A stretch of DNA of 64,000 bases, taken from NCBI GenBank assembly GCA_000708835.1, contig DF237145.1, positions 7,468-71,467 of the forward strand, read 5' to 3'. Position numbers and translations under genes: made by a program. Every line of letters begins with the position of its first letter. Within the stretch, counting starts at the first letter, position 1. The stretch comes from Klebsormidium nitens (taxonomy: Eukaryota > Plantae > Klebsormidiophyceae). Below, piece after piece: positions 13,074 to 25,600 of this stretch. The notes beneath the pieces were generated by a model. That model saw nothing but the letters and a program-made list of their open reading frames with translations, did no database searches and had not been told where the DNA came from.

Positions 13074-16000
13074 CTATTCATCTTCGGACCTCTTCCTAGG
13101 AAGGACGGCCAGTTCCATGTTGGTGCCCATCGACTGCTTCGAAAGGCCCTTCCTTCCGATGCTTTCAACTCCGAGAGGAGAGTCACCCAAAGATCGTGAA
13201 GGCGACCCCCCTAATGGGGACGCCGCACTCTGGCTTTGCCTCCGAAGCAACTCGCTAAGCACGGAGGCCATCTCCTCCAGCGCCACTGCAAAACCCCACA
13301 AAGACCAACGGATTCAGATCATATTTGACTCGGCATAAGCACGTTTTGAATTTTGACTCGGCACGGCTGATACTCGAATCGGTATTTGAACGTGTGTCAA
13401 CCAATTTTGGCTACTTCAAAGTTGAAGAACTATTTGTACAAGCTGAGGGTACACAGAAAGAGTCGCGGAAGCATCGACGAGAAGCCCCGATTTAAGAGGT
13501 TGTGACGCGCAGAATTCAAGCAACTTCGTGTTAGACGCTTTAGGATCCATCAGCGTTTTGACCAGGTCAACCGACGGATGACCCCGTTTGCTTGTCAAGT
13601 TCTCTACCCCGGTCAGAAGCTTATCAAGATTTTGGCGCTTTGATGCAGCAAACATTGCTCGCGTCGTAACCTCTGTTGACCACCTTATTCCAGGAGATCA
13701 GAGCACGCACTCACATTGGACGCACAAGCAACCCCCGCAGCGTTGCAGTCTGTCGGTTTTTTACCACCCCTAATTGCAACCAACATTTGGCTACCTCAAA
13801 CCCTCTGTGCCTCGCTCACCTGGCTTCAGGATGATCCCATCCATATCCAACATCATGCAGCGCGCACGTGTCTCCCTGTCCGTGTTTGCAGTAAGCGCCA
13901 CGATGAGCGGCCGCTCCCCCGGAGCGAAGCGCTCGTGTATCCGCTGACACACCTCGTAGCCGTCCATTTTGGGCATCGACAGATCCAGCAAGAGCACGGC
14001 AAACCGGTGCCCCGCCTCTAGGGTGGCCAAGCATCTGGCACCCGACTCGACCACGGTCGTGTTGCACCCGAGGCGGTCGAGGAGCTTCCGCGTTACTACG
14101 CGGTTCACCCTGCAAGAAATTGAGATTATAATGGGCTTGACTGAGAGATCCATTCTGAGGTGCTCACGATTGGGGGATTTTAGGGCTTTAGGAGATGATA
14201 AAAGCCGCCAAGAGAAAGAGGACAAGGTCGACCACGGTCGTGTTGCACCCGAGGCGGTCAAGGAGCTTCCGCGTCACTACGTGGTTCACCTGCGACAGAG
14301 GGGGGTTCTTCAAGCACTTTGCGTGGACACCACAACCGACACTTCTAGAGAGCACGTATTTGTGACCTATATCTGAGAGAAATCTTGGTGCACTCCTTGC
14401 GAAACGGGTGTGCGCATCGATTATTGCCAGGTTTTTGCAACGCTCTCGTAAGTGCGCCCAGCACCTGTAATAAGCTGGTCAGGCCGTGATGAACCAAACA
14501 TAAGCTAACCCGTCTTGTTCGGGTTTCTCCTCTTTGAAAAGCAGGCAGCCTCCTCGCATCACAAAAGAAACGAAATTTGCACCCGGCTCCAAGATATCTC
14601 CGCAAAACTTAGCAATCGCCAGGTAAGTCAGCATAAAAACTCTTCGTCACGGCATACCAAACCTGGTTAGGGCTGCCTAACCCCTGCTTGACCCTCACCC
14701 GTTATCATCCGTGACCAGGACCCGTAACCCGCTCAGGAACTCTTGGCTCGCGTTCACCACCGAAGCCGCAGTCGGAGCTTCCGCCTGCGCCTCGTTTCGA
14801 GGCGGCACGACGCCCAGTTTTACGATAAACGAAACTTTGGTTCCCCTTCCTAACCCCTCGCTCTCGATCCAGATTAACCCGTCCATCAACTCGACAAACT
14901 TTTTGCAGATGGCGAGCCCCAGCCCAGTGCCGCCGTAGTTGCGCGTGGTTGTAGAGTCCGCCTGGACGAACCTGGAAGAGAACAAGGTCAAATTAGCAAC
15001 TAGCTTTAGAAGAGTGAAATCGCGTGTTGGACGGGTAGAGTTATCCTCAGGATTTAGGCTGGTGACGACTGCGGAGCTTTGGTGTTTCTGAGTTAGGAGT
15101 TACTGATTTCGTTCGGAGCTCATTATCCAAGAAGCTTTTCATTCCACGATACTTACGAGAGGGGGAGGAATGCAGCGCATCGGGAACCGGGCCTGAAATA
15201 TAAGCGTTCGCTCAAGGTCTGGATGAGAAGCACTTCCTTAGGAATTCGGAACGGAAGCACACAGGGTGCTTCAGTCGGCGGTATCTCCGGATGGAGAAAG
15301 CGGTAATTTTTTGCGAGATTCTCAAAACCCTGCCTTTCAGGTTGCCATACTAAAAGCTCTGCTCGACTCATTTTAGGAATCTTGTGAATGGAAGGACAGG
15401 GAGTCTTTACACAGAAGGGAAACAAGCAATCTTCCCTTTGATACAGTTTCTTTCAGACCGGAATCAGTTTCTCGTGACCTTTCTGACGATCTCAAGATTC
15501 TACGATCAAGGCCTCTACATGATCAAACACAATCAACGTTGTTCGATATGCCTTCCATAAATCCGAGCTTGCTGTGTAAAGGATCCGCCTGAGCTGTGCT
15601 AAATTATGTGGGTGGTCGCCCCCCTTTTACTCACTTGTTGAAAAGCTTGCCGACGTCGGACGCCTTGATCCCCAATCCAGTGTCCGTGATCTCGACGCGA
15701 ATGTACGTAAAGGCAGGGTCGGGCGCTGGCCGGAAGTCGGGCCGCCGGGGATCCGTGCTCCCAGAAAAGTCCTCGATCTTCAAATGCAATTTGACAGAGC
15801 CCTGGGAAGAAGGAGCAGTATTTGAGCGTGATACCTGACACCTAAAAATTCGTTTTGAGGAAGCTGAGCTAACAGAGAAGTTATCAATTTAAAGATGCAA
15901 AATAACAGAGCCCTGGGGTAGAAGAAGCGGAAGTCAAGAGTGATACAGAGGGCCTGAAGGCTGGTTGTGTGTCTGAAGCTGGGTGACACGATCTGCTGTT

Positions 16001-19000
16001 CTCTAAGGGGCGGTCTGTGTGCGACACGAAGCGGGTTTGGTCGTTGCTTAAATGATGTGCTGTGGCTAGAGGTAAATTGGGAAGTAACGGACACTTTTGC
16101 GAAACCTGAATCGACAGTGCCGAGAGATATGAGACAACTCGACCATGTTCAAGATCGTTTAGTGCAAACGGGCCTCAACTAGAACGAGAAAAGGTCTGTC
16201 GGGCCTGGACGAAAGGCAACCGCCACGAAGGAATCTCTGAGATTCCTTCAATATCCAAAAGTGTGCACGTCCCAAAATCTGCGTCGCCAGCTCTTCAGCT
16301 CAAATGCTTGCAGAAGGAGAAAGCGAGGCTCAAATATGGACTAGAAGTGAGGCTTGAAACGGAAGAGCAAGAAGAAGCCGATGATGAAAGCGGTGTGCGG
16401 AGCCAGGTGCGGAGCTTGAAAACACCAAGCTGGCATGAGCAAAGGACGCTTGACTCTCACCTCTTTCGTGAACTTGACAGCATTTCCGAGAATGTTTAGC
16501 GTAACTTGGAACAATCGTTTCTCGTCCCCGATCACTTCCGTCGGAACACCAGGCGCAACCGTCATTGTCAAGTCCAGCTTCTTTGCCTGGGCCATCGGCC
16601 GCGCCAGGTTTTCTGCCTGCAAGATGAAAAGCTCATGTTAACCGCTTGGCGAGGTCGATAAGATTAGAACCTGGGTATCTTTCTAGTTATCTGCAAAGAA
16701 TAATGCGTACTCTTTGGTACAACAGATACAAATAGGCGTAACTATTCCGCAGAGAGAACCGAGAATGGTCAGGCTCTTCGATTGATTATACATTGGCATC
16801 TTTTGACGAAGCACGAGTCGGCGCAGACAAAAATGAAGACGTGATCCATGCTTAAAAGCAAGCGGAATCTCCTTCCTCGATAGTTTGTAGCCCGCCAGAT
16901 TGGGGCGACGTCTTACCTCTTTCAGCAAAGCCGGCAGCTGGAACGTAGTCAAATCTAAACCCAGGCTTCCGTCTTCGAGTCGACTGAAATCTAAGATGTC
17001 ATTGATGAGCCTGGCAGGACACAGAAGGACCGCACTGCTTAGCAAACGCAGGAAAGTATTCAATCCGTCTCATCCATCCGTAGAATCACACAGTAACCTT
17101 GTCTGCTTTGTACCAACTATGATCAAGATCAGAAGTATGCGAGCTCTACCCTTGCGTGCCTAGCAATTGAAAACATAGGGCGCTCATGCTATCGTACTCC
17201 TAAAAATACACCAAAAGCTCCGGATCCACACAGAAAGACAAAAGGACGGGGATTGCAAATGAAACAGTTCATATTGCACCGCTCTGAGTCTCTGAGTCCC
17301 GTGACCTTGTCAAACGAATCTTGCTTTCTCTGCCCGCGCTTTTTTTGATCCTCAGATCGTCTCATCGGTGACCAAGGACAAGAGAATTGTCAGCATTCAA
17401 CGAGCTGCACGGACTGTAGCCTCGCACACGCCTTCGGACGAAAAGGTTGAACAGAGCGTCTGCTCGACTTAGGACCTTGACGTTGAAATCCACAAGCGGA
17501 AACCTTTGTGGCTAGAAGCACAAACTCATGCCGAATTGTGTCCACGCGACCTTGAGAAGGCAAAAAGCAGAAGAATGGCCCGCTCACGTTGAGAGCAGAG
17601 CGCTGCTCTTTACGATGGTGTCCACCATCATCTTCTGGTCTTTGCTGAGCGAGTCGTCCTCTTGCAGCAGCGACGTCAGCGCAATGATGGCGTGCATCGG
17701 CTGCACGAACAAACATGCATGTCAAGATGGTCATAAATTTCACATGAAACTTCACATCAACTTCATCATGAAGTAAAAACTTATCTCATTATGCATGTGA
17801 AGAAGCTTCGTTCAAGCAGCTTCAGATGCGAATGTTGCCTTTCTATCAGAACTTTTGCCTGCGTGTTGGCAGTGCCTCTTAATGCAGCGGTAAAAGCTTG
17901 CAGTCTAGATAAGTCAGACGACTGTTGAACTACAAAGACAATTCCATGATTCAAATGCAAATCGCATATACGTTATGAAGTCCATTGAAAGAGAGGCGAT
18001 GGGGGCTGGTTGTGAAGTCGGAAGAGAACGTTAAATCACCCAAGCCTCTCATTCTGCTGTATGGGCTACCGTAGGCGGCACGCTTAGCTCACCGTACGCA
18101 TTTCATGGTTCATGACTGCCAGAAAGTCGTTGCGGGCCTTGATGGCCGTCTCCGCTTCCTGGCGCGCAATCACCAGCGCTTCGTTCTGTTGAAGCAGCTC
18201 CTCCCTCGTGCGCTGAGACTCCTCCAGGATGGCAGCATGGCTTAGAGCCACCGCAACTGCAAGCGGTTTCAGAACTTTTTGGGGAACTGATTACACGACG
18301 ACTGAGTCCCTCAAATCCTAGGACAAGAAAGACGAGCCGCTCTGAATGGAGTCCCGTTCCAGAGCTTTTACACCACAGGAGTCAATAACACCGACCGGTC
18401 CCTTTCCGATATTGGGACGAGAAAGACGAGCCATTCTGAAAGGAGTCCCATTTCAGAGCTTTTAGGGGGTGCAAACTGATGACACACCGACTGGTCCCTT
18501 CCGATACTAGGACAAGAAAGACAAGCCGCCGTAAATGGAATCCCGTTTCTAAGTACATATGAAAATGGAAAGTGGAAAGTGGAGGAGCCATTGCCAGCAA
18601 TTTGGAAGTAAAAGCTAACTCCGTCAAGTCAAGGGCACTCAGATTGAAGGGTAGCCAGGCCTGATTATTGGTACCCTATCCAAAAAGGTGAGACATCATC
18701 TGAAAGAAGGTTGGAATCTGGAAATTATGATTACATACTCCCTACAGCCTTTCCCTCGTTCTGCATTTTACCCGGGAGATGCCGATGAGTAGAGAACAGC
18801 AGGCTCGAGACTGCTCCGCAATTCTTGAAACCTCAGAACCCCCTAAAAAGTACTTGAGTTTCTAAGGCCTGGGACAATATTGGTCGGTTCCAACGACTTT
18901 ACCTGCCTGCAAAGAGTTTTGCAGAGCATCTCTGCGCCTCGTCATCTCACCTTGGTCCGCTATGCCCTCCACCATCTCTAGTTCATGCGGCTTCCATCGT

Positions 19001-20965
19001 CGCGCACTGCCCCCCGGGAGCACCAAGACAAGAATTGCGTACTCAGACCCTGACCCGCTATTTCGCCTGGTCCCACTCTCGCTCTCACCGGGACTACTGT
19101 CCTCAGACAGTCTCAGCGCAGCCTCTACCAGCGAAATTAGATTGCCGTTGCTCTTTGACCGCAAAGTATGCAGCAACGGCACCCGGATGGACACCACAGC
19201 CCCGTCATCAGGGACCCGCGGATCGTCCCCTATCGACAGCGGGCTTTTCGAGCTGATCAAGATGGCGGTGTTCACGCTGAAAATGGACTGCACGACGGGG
19301 TCCTGCGTTGACACCGATGGCCGCCTGCTGCCCTTGCCATCCCTGAGCTGGTATGTAAGTGTCAACTTGGAGGGCTGGCCGGGCTTCGCCATCCAGAGCA
19401 TGCAATTCCACAGCTGCAAAGTCTTCCCCAGCTCAACTAAGGTTGTCTTCAGGATCGTGTTGCGGTCCAAGGTTGACCGAATCTCAGATGTCAACATACG
19501 CACGTTCCGTCCTGCAGGGAAGGGATAGGAGAATCTCCTATCTCAGCTAACTGCCTGTCAAGAACCAGATTGAAACTTGCCTGCAGGCAGGTGAGTACTT
19601 AAAGATCTCAAAACCGCACAGAAAATAGAAGGTAGTAAGGCAAGAACTGTTATGAGAACCCTTTACAACGCAGCTGGCAGGCCCGTGCATTTGAATACAC
19701 AGCCAGCGCATACCAGTAACCCCATCATGTTTCTCCCAAAAGAAGAGGAATGAGTGTTCTTGAGGCCTCTCTTTGAAATAACAGGCCTTTCTGCATTGCA
19801 CACTGTTAAGATACAACAGAAAGGAGTAGCGCTAAAGCAACTCAGCGGGCATGGTACTGGCAATCACAGTTATTCTGACAGGTACACTCTGGACTTTGCA
19901 ATCACCCAAGATTGATAAACAGGGTGCATCCTCACCAGTTTCTTCTGCGGTCCTCACAACTCCAATTTCTCGATCCAGTTGTTCTGCCTGCACATTCAAG
20001 CAGCTTTTGGAAGCTAGAAAAGGTGGTGCCCAGTTTGTGATGCACAGCTGTTGCACCATCCCAACTATATCTGAAAGTTTACCTAACTTTCGGACTCTCC
20101 ATAGCCCTTTGCTGGTAATGTATTTCTCCTTGTTAGAGGGGCACTTATAACAGCACAGATTCTGACATTCTGATGCATAGAAGATGTCACAATCAATGGT
20201 GGTAATTGACCTCAGCAGCAACTGATTATCTCTGGTTGTGTCGCCCTCACCTTGGATTTAAGATATATCTCTCGAACTTTCAGGGAAAGCAGCTCTGGAA
20301 TGACGTACACCTGGACGTACACTTTGAACCTAAGAATGCTTTCTTCTTTGCAACCACATGTGCACATGGATTTACTCTATCAAGCTGCTGCTGCTGTACA
20401 AGAGACTGAAGGCCCTCTGGAATGCTCATGTAGACACGTTCGCTCTTCTACACAGAACGAGTTGCAATGAAGCTTCCAAACAGGTGAACTTAAGAGAGCA
20501 TGTACTCTATTGCCAAGGCACCAGTCAGTGGCCCAGGTTAAATGGTGCCCCAAACAGTAGTTCTGGTTCAAGGAAGAACGTTAAACTGCAGCACAGGGTT
20601 GAGAAACTCACCAACGTCAGTGCGGTTGCGCACGATACCAGGGCAGTCAGCACTTTCATGACGGTCTGCGTGAGTGCAATGCCATAGGTGTGCTCGTGGT
20701 ATGTCCACATCGCAACCAGGTGCGTCAGACCACAGAGGATAATGAATGCCCCAAACTGCACAATAATCCATTTGAATGGAAACACCAATTTGCTGCAGGC
20801 GAGGAAGTACAGGAGCTCGAGGGGGATGGAGAAATAGGACAAAAAAATGAACAGGTCCGAAATCTGCTGAGTACGAGCTAATTGATCGTCCAGCCGGTAG
20901 TGCTGTTCCACGCCCTCGCAGCCGCAGAGACGAGCCTCCGTCAAATCAGGCCCTACGTACGCCAT
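13074..20965 (-). CDS. ETR1: Ethylene receptor, ETR1-type (subfamily I) hybrid histidine kinase: 3-TM ethylene-binding domain, GAF, HisKA, HATPase, receiver; 831 aa
   Basis: Exons 20965-20612, 20310-20251, 19987-19936, 19511-18951, 18256-18093, 17700-17588, 17010-16917, 16616-16461, 15801-15635, 14971-14699, 14109-13820, 13285-13074 total 2496 nt with consistent phases. Motifs: N-terminal [28 protein letters not shown] (Cu ligands C and H), [48 protein letters not shown]. Confidence 0.97.
14227..14295 (-). repeat. Intronic copy of the acceptor and start of the ETR receiver exon
   Basis: gtcgaccacggtcgtgttgcacccgaggcggtcaaggagcttccgcgtcactacgtggttcacctgcg closely matches about 14047-14113 and lies about 180 bp away. 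Confidence 0.9.
18262..18552. repeat. About 90-bp tandem repeat (about 3 diverged units) abutting an ETR splice acceptor
   Basis: The blocks ggacaagaaagacgagcc, gagtccc and tttcagagctttta recur three times; the array begins next to the acceptor at 18257. Confidence 0.85.
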
Positions 20966-21739
20966 CTGTGAGGCACCCCTGCTGTTCTGCTAATCAGCAG
21001 GGCCGTCACTGCCTAACAAGTTTGTGGCATCCCCCTGCAAGCTTCGAAACGTTCGTCCAGACGTGGGGCCAATTCAGCAACTCTGAGCTATCCAAGCTCC
21101 TCGCAATTGAGAACACTTTTGACGATTAAAGCCGATCAATTATGTTCACTGTTCAGAAGGTTTCCTCATAAACTCGATGCGCCTCATCATGAAGCCCTGG
21201 GAACACCAGATGAAAGCGACATCTAGCCTCAGGAATCTAGGTATCTAGAGCTTACAACTTGTTCCGGTGCTGTAACCATATTCCAGTTCAACTGCCACTC
21301 TCTGCGGGGCAGTTTCTGCAGTGAGCAAGGTGCATGATCGTCTCAGTCTGTCAACCTGGGTCAAATTGATGAACTCGCAGGAAACCAGGACTTGTGTTAG
21401 ACAATGGACATGTGGTACCTTATCTGGATACAGCCGGGAAAGCCACCGGGCACGGTTTCTAGCGTATCCGACGCCCGGTTCAACCACTACTAGTCCGTCG
21501 TCGCAAGTTCGCAATCATTTAAGGGCGGTACTAACTGAGCCTGTTCGCAATTTGCCTTGGCAAACATTGTCCAAAAAAAAACGCAGCCTAACATGGCAGC
21601 TTTTGGCCTGAGTTTGCTCTGGGAATTTCAATTTCGCCACTCAGAATTCGGACTCTCCATATAGTGTCTCTAGGCCGCCCGTCCCATCGTCCGTGCGTAC
21701 CTTTCAGAACCACCGGTACCAACCCCGCGTGCCCTGCTG

Positions 21740-21910
21740 AGGAAAGAGCGTGCGCGGCGCGCGCACTCCGGCTGGCCTGTTGGCTGAACCTGAAACATCA
21801 CCCCTTAAACCACCCAACTACGTGTCTTAACCTTACCCTTTCCCCGGGTGCTTTAACAAGGTTGCCGGAGTCACGGCGACCGTCGGCGCCCTGCAGCGCG
21901 CCGCGCCGTA
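21740..21910. promoter_or_regulatory. GC/CpG-rich island, probable bidirectional promoter of ETR1 and HIRA
   Basis: gcgtgcgcggcgcgcgcact and ggcgccctgcagcgcgccgcgcc lie between divergent ATGs at 20965 (-) and 22696 (+). Confidence 0.45.
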
Positions 21911-22695
21911 CGATAAGAAGTTGCTTGCATACTGGATGGTGGCGATTGCATCTGCGAGTGTTCTGAGGAGATCGGGTTACATTAAAGAAAACAAGCTTGT
22001 CGATGGTTAGCGCAGATTTGTGTGGCAGTGGTACAACCCACTCAGCCCGATACGTTCCTGCATTCCTGGACTTGGCGGCAGTGAACGCTAAGCTAGCTAG
22101 GTACCTAAGTATTACGTACCGAATGCAGCAGCATGCTGAACAGAGCTCTCCCTGCGCCTTGAAAATCAAAGCTCCAGCTATCTGAAGAGTAGAGTAGGTA
22201 CCAGCAGTTGTCTTTGAGATTTATTTGGTACCGGACAATTCCTCCGATCACCTTTCCTTCCTGCAGAAGCTTCTGGACAAATCTCATTGGCACCCCCATC
22301 GCGGAGGGGAGCTGCGCAATCTGACATTGGCGGCTTGGAGTCATTGTGGACAATCGCAAATTCTGGCAGCAATTGACAGCTTTAGCATGGTAGTAAGCCT
22401 CATTGAGGCAGTGGTATAAAACGGAATCACGTTTCCTTCAGGCAGTTGGCTACGTTGCGGGCATCAATGTGGAACCCTTGTTTTAGTGAATTTGAAAGCT
22501 CAATGAGCCTGTTGTGTTGTTAGCTAGAGCCAATAATGTTTGTCAGAAGCTTAGAGCAGAATAAGCTGACGACAAGGTGTCTCCAATCAGTGTTCTGAAT
22601 AAGGCAGCGGCGAAAGTCAGAGCAACTCCGCCTCTGAAGCTTCTGGCCCCATCAAAGTAAGAGTCTTTGGGGCTGTAAGCATACCTGAAGGCATC

Positions 22696-25600
22696 ATGCT
22701 TGTCACACGGCCAGACTGGTTGCGGCATCCCGGCTACCCCATCCTTTCTATTGCCATCCACCCAGATGGCACTAGAGTGGCCACTGCAGGGGGTGACAAC
22801 AAGGTAAGCTTTATTGTTATGTCGATCGAACATCTCTCACCTTTTTCTGGGGTCAATTAAGCTTTCTCTCACTGATGTGTATTTCACATGAACAGCGCAT
22901 CTGTCTTACTCTTAGTCTCAGTATTCTGTTCGCACCACCGGAACAGACTTTTGACACGTGAGAGCAAAGTCTCAGGCATCAACACCTTTGTTAGCTTCTC
23001 CTCACCTTAAATGGCCTTCAGCGCATCCTAATAATTGCTGGACTTTCCTCAAAGTGTCTAATCGATGCTACTTTTGCTGTCAATCTCTTATGAGAAATCT
23101 GTTTCTGGAAACCAAACAAGAGCCAATTGTCGCCCAAACAGATATTCCACATCTTTATGGATTCCCTGTGTAGTGAACAAAATCCTAATCAGGCAATGCC
23201 TCTGCTGGTGTCGCATACCTCTCCGGTGCTAAACTCCTGTGCTAATTCGAAGGGGATAAGTCTGCTCTGTCTGACCACCTTTGAAGCTCGAACTGGGTTA
23301 TAAGTGTCCAGCTTTTTCCAAGATCGGCGCTGCGCTCAGTACAATCTCTCTGGTTTGTTGTACTCGCACCCCCTATTTCAGCCTTACCACTACTCTCTGT
23401 CGTATGATCACGATCTCAGAAACTTAACGGCACATGTGCATCCTTTCAGGCACTTAGCAATGCTATGTCAGACAAAGGTTTTGACTGGATATTCTTGGCT
23501 GAATCAAAGCTTGATCAGAGTGCCTGGCAGTTACTGTGCATCCTCATGGTTGCTGATCTGCAAGGCAGGGTGGGTAGGGTCGATTCTCAGACTTCCAACC
23601 TAAGCTGGCAGAGCCCCATTACGGTACCTGCTCATACAGGTTCGATTTCTGAAGGCCTCATTGTGGAGCGGCCTCATCAGCACAGCCTGTCAGAAGAGCA
23701 CACGCATGTGCCCCTCTACAAGGATGCAGCTGCCAGTATTACAAAAGGCAGGATAAGAGCATACCACTCACTATGTTCTTTTTGTACAGGTCCGCATCTG
23801 GAATATAGCTCCTATCCTGGACGCCCAGGCCGAAAGTGACCCCCTGGTGCCCAAGTCTCTTGCGACGCTTTCTGAGCATTTTGGACCGGTGAACGTAGTC
23901 CGCTGGTCACATGACGGCCGTTACATTGCCTCAGGTACATTCTCATGTCCTTCCCCAAAGGTGTTTCGCAGCCTCCTTTTGAAGCTTGTTTTGAGGACCC
24001 GTGTTTTTGTGTACTTGGGGGGAGATCACGTTTTTCATGAAGCCTCGGGCTTTCACATTGCCACTGACTCAACCTCATGTCTCCGAATTCTCCTCTCAAG
24101 ATGTGGAATTAGATCTCCAGGCTCCAACTGTTGCAGTTGAGCCCTGAAACAAGTATTGCCATGCTGAAGGAGTGTAGCAGGAGAAATTGTGGCATTGACT
24201 GCTTGAATGTAGAGCTGCTCTCCATCAATTGAATACACCCACAAATGATAGAGAAGTATGATACTGGTCGAGAAAGGTACAAATAATCGATGCTGACTTG
24301 TTCTTGTGGCCTACATAGAGTCGCAAAAATCTTGGCGGGCTACACTCTGGTCACCTTTACGATCTCAGATCAAGTTCGATGTAGGGCAACTACTGTAAAT
24401 ACGAATAGAGCACAGGGAATCTAAACCTACGTGTGTACCTCAAGCAGAGGCTGTGTGTATATAGGGGCCAGGAGAAGGAAGCAAAGATTCTGGCATAACG
24501 CTTGATGGTTCGATGGCTTCTCTGTGCACATTCGGATTGCAATTAAACCAGAGACGCAGGGGAAAGAATCGCTGACGAGGTCATCCGTCTTGTTTTTCCA
24601 GGCTCGGATGACAAGCTGATCTTCGTTCACGAGCGCAAGACCGGAAGCTCGGTGGCCGTCTTTGGGAGCAGCGACGCCCCCGACCTGGAGAACTGGAAGT
24701 CGGTCTACACGTTGAGGGGGCACACAGCAGACATCGTAAGCTCGAAACTCGTGTCTTGACAGACCCCTAAAAAGGAGGATCGGGAGATTTATACTCTAGG
24801 GTGTCACACAGCAGACATCGTGAGGACGAACGCGTGTCTTGACAGGCCCCTGAGAAGGACAGCCGAATTTGCTTTGAAAGTTTTTGAACCCCTCCAGCCG
24901 TCAAGACTCTGTGCGCGGATGGGTCTCTAACGAACTTGTGCAGCCAGACTGGGCAGGCTGCCTTTGTTCGGCAAGTATAGTAGTGTGGAACCTGGCAGAT
25001 AAGGTCCAGCCAACAAACGGCTGCGATCGGCTTGCGCATGAAATTTTGTTTGATTGAAAGGTTCCAGACGTCCAATTCGAGTCTCCAAATCCATTCTCCG
25101 GAATTTCCGCACATGATGGCCAGTCTACGAGGGATGCCGCTCGTTTGATGATTTCTGCGGGACTGTCGTCCATACTAGGACATTCTGATCTGCATGCATT
25201 CCCGGAAGCAACGAACTCAAAGAGATTCTACAGTTGCGTTCTCATGAACACGTCTTTCTTTTGCTGTCTTCAATTCCAGATCGAGAAAGGTGAGAGTGAA
25301 GGACCCTTAAACTTTTGCAGGGCCGAGGAATCGTCGCTTTCGTTTTTGGAGCTCTGCTGATATGGAAGATTACCTTCAGCGAGCTGCAGTGTGGTATTGG
25401 AAACAAGATCCCAGTGATTTGTGATATCTGCCACGGATGAAACTCAAAATAGGATTGCTTTATCGATTCTGCAGGTCGACCTTAACTGGTCTCCTGACGA
25501 CTTCATGATCGCCTCCTGCTCGCTGGACAACACCGTCCGCATCTGGAAGATCGCACCCGGGAGTATTCACACCCCCATGGTGTTGGCCGAGCACACCAGC

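Noticed and set aside
18962-19528. 188-aa plus-strand ORF and similar long antisense ORFs (e.g. 7062-7652, 30430-30918, 38233-38697)
   Set aside because: These are shadows of GC-rich coding exons on the opposite strand.
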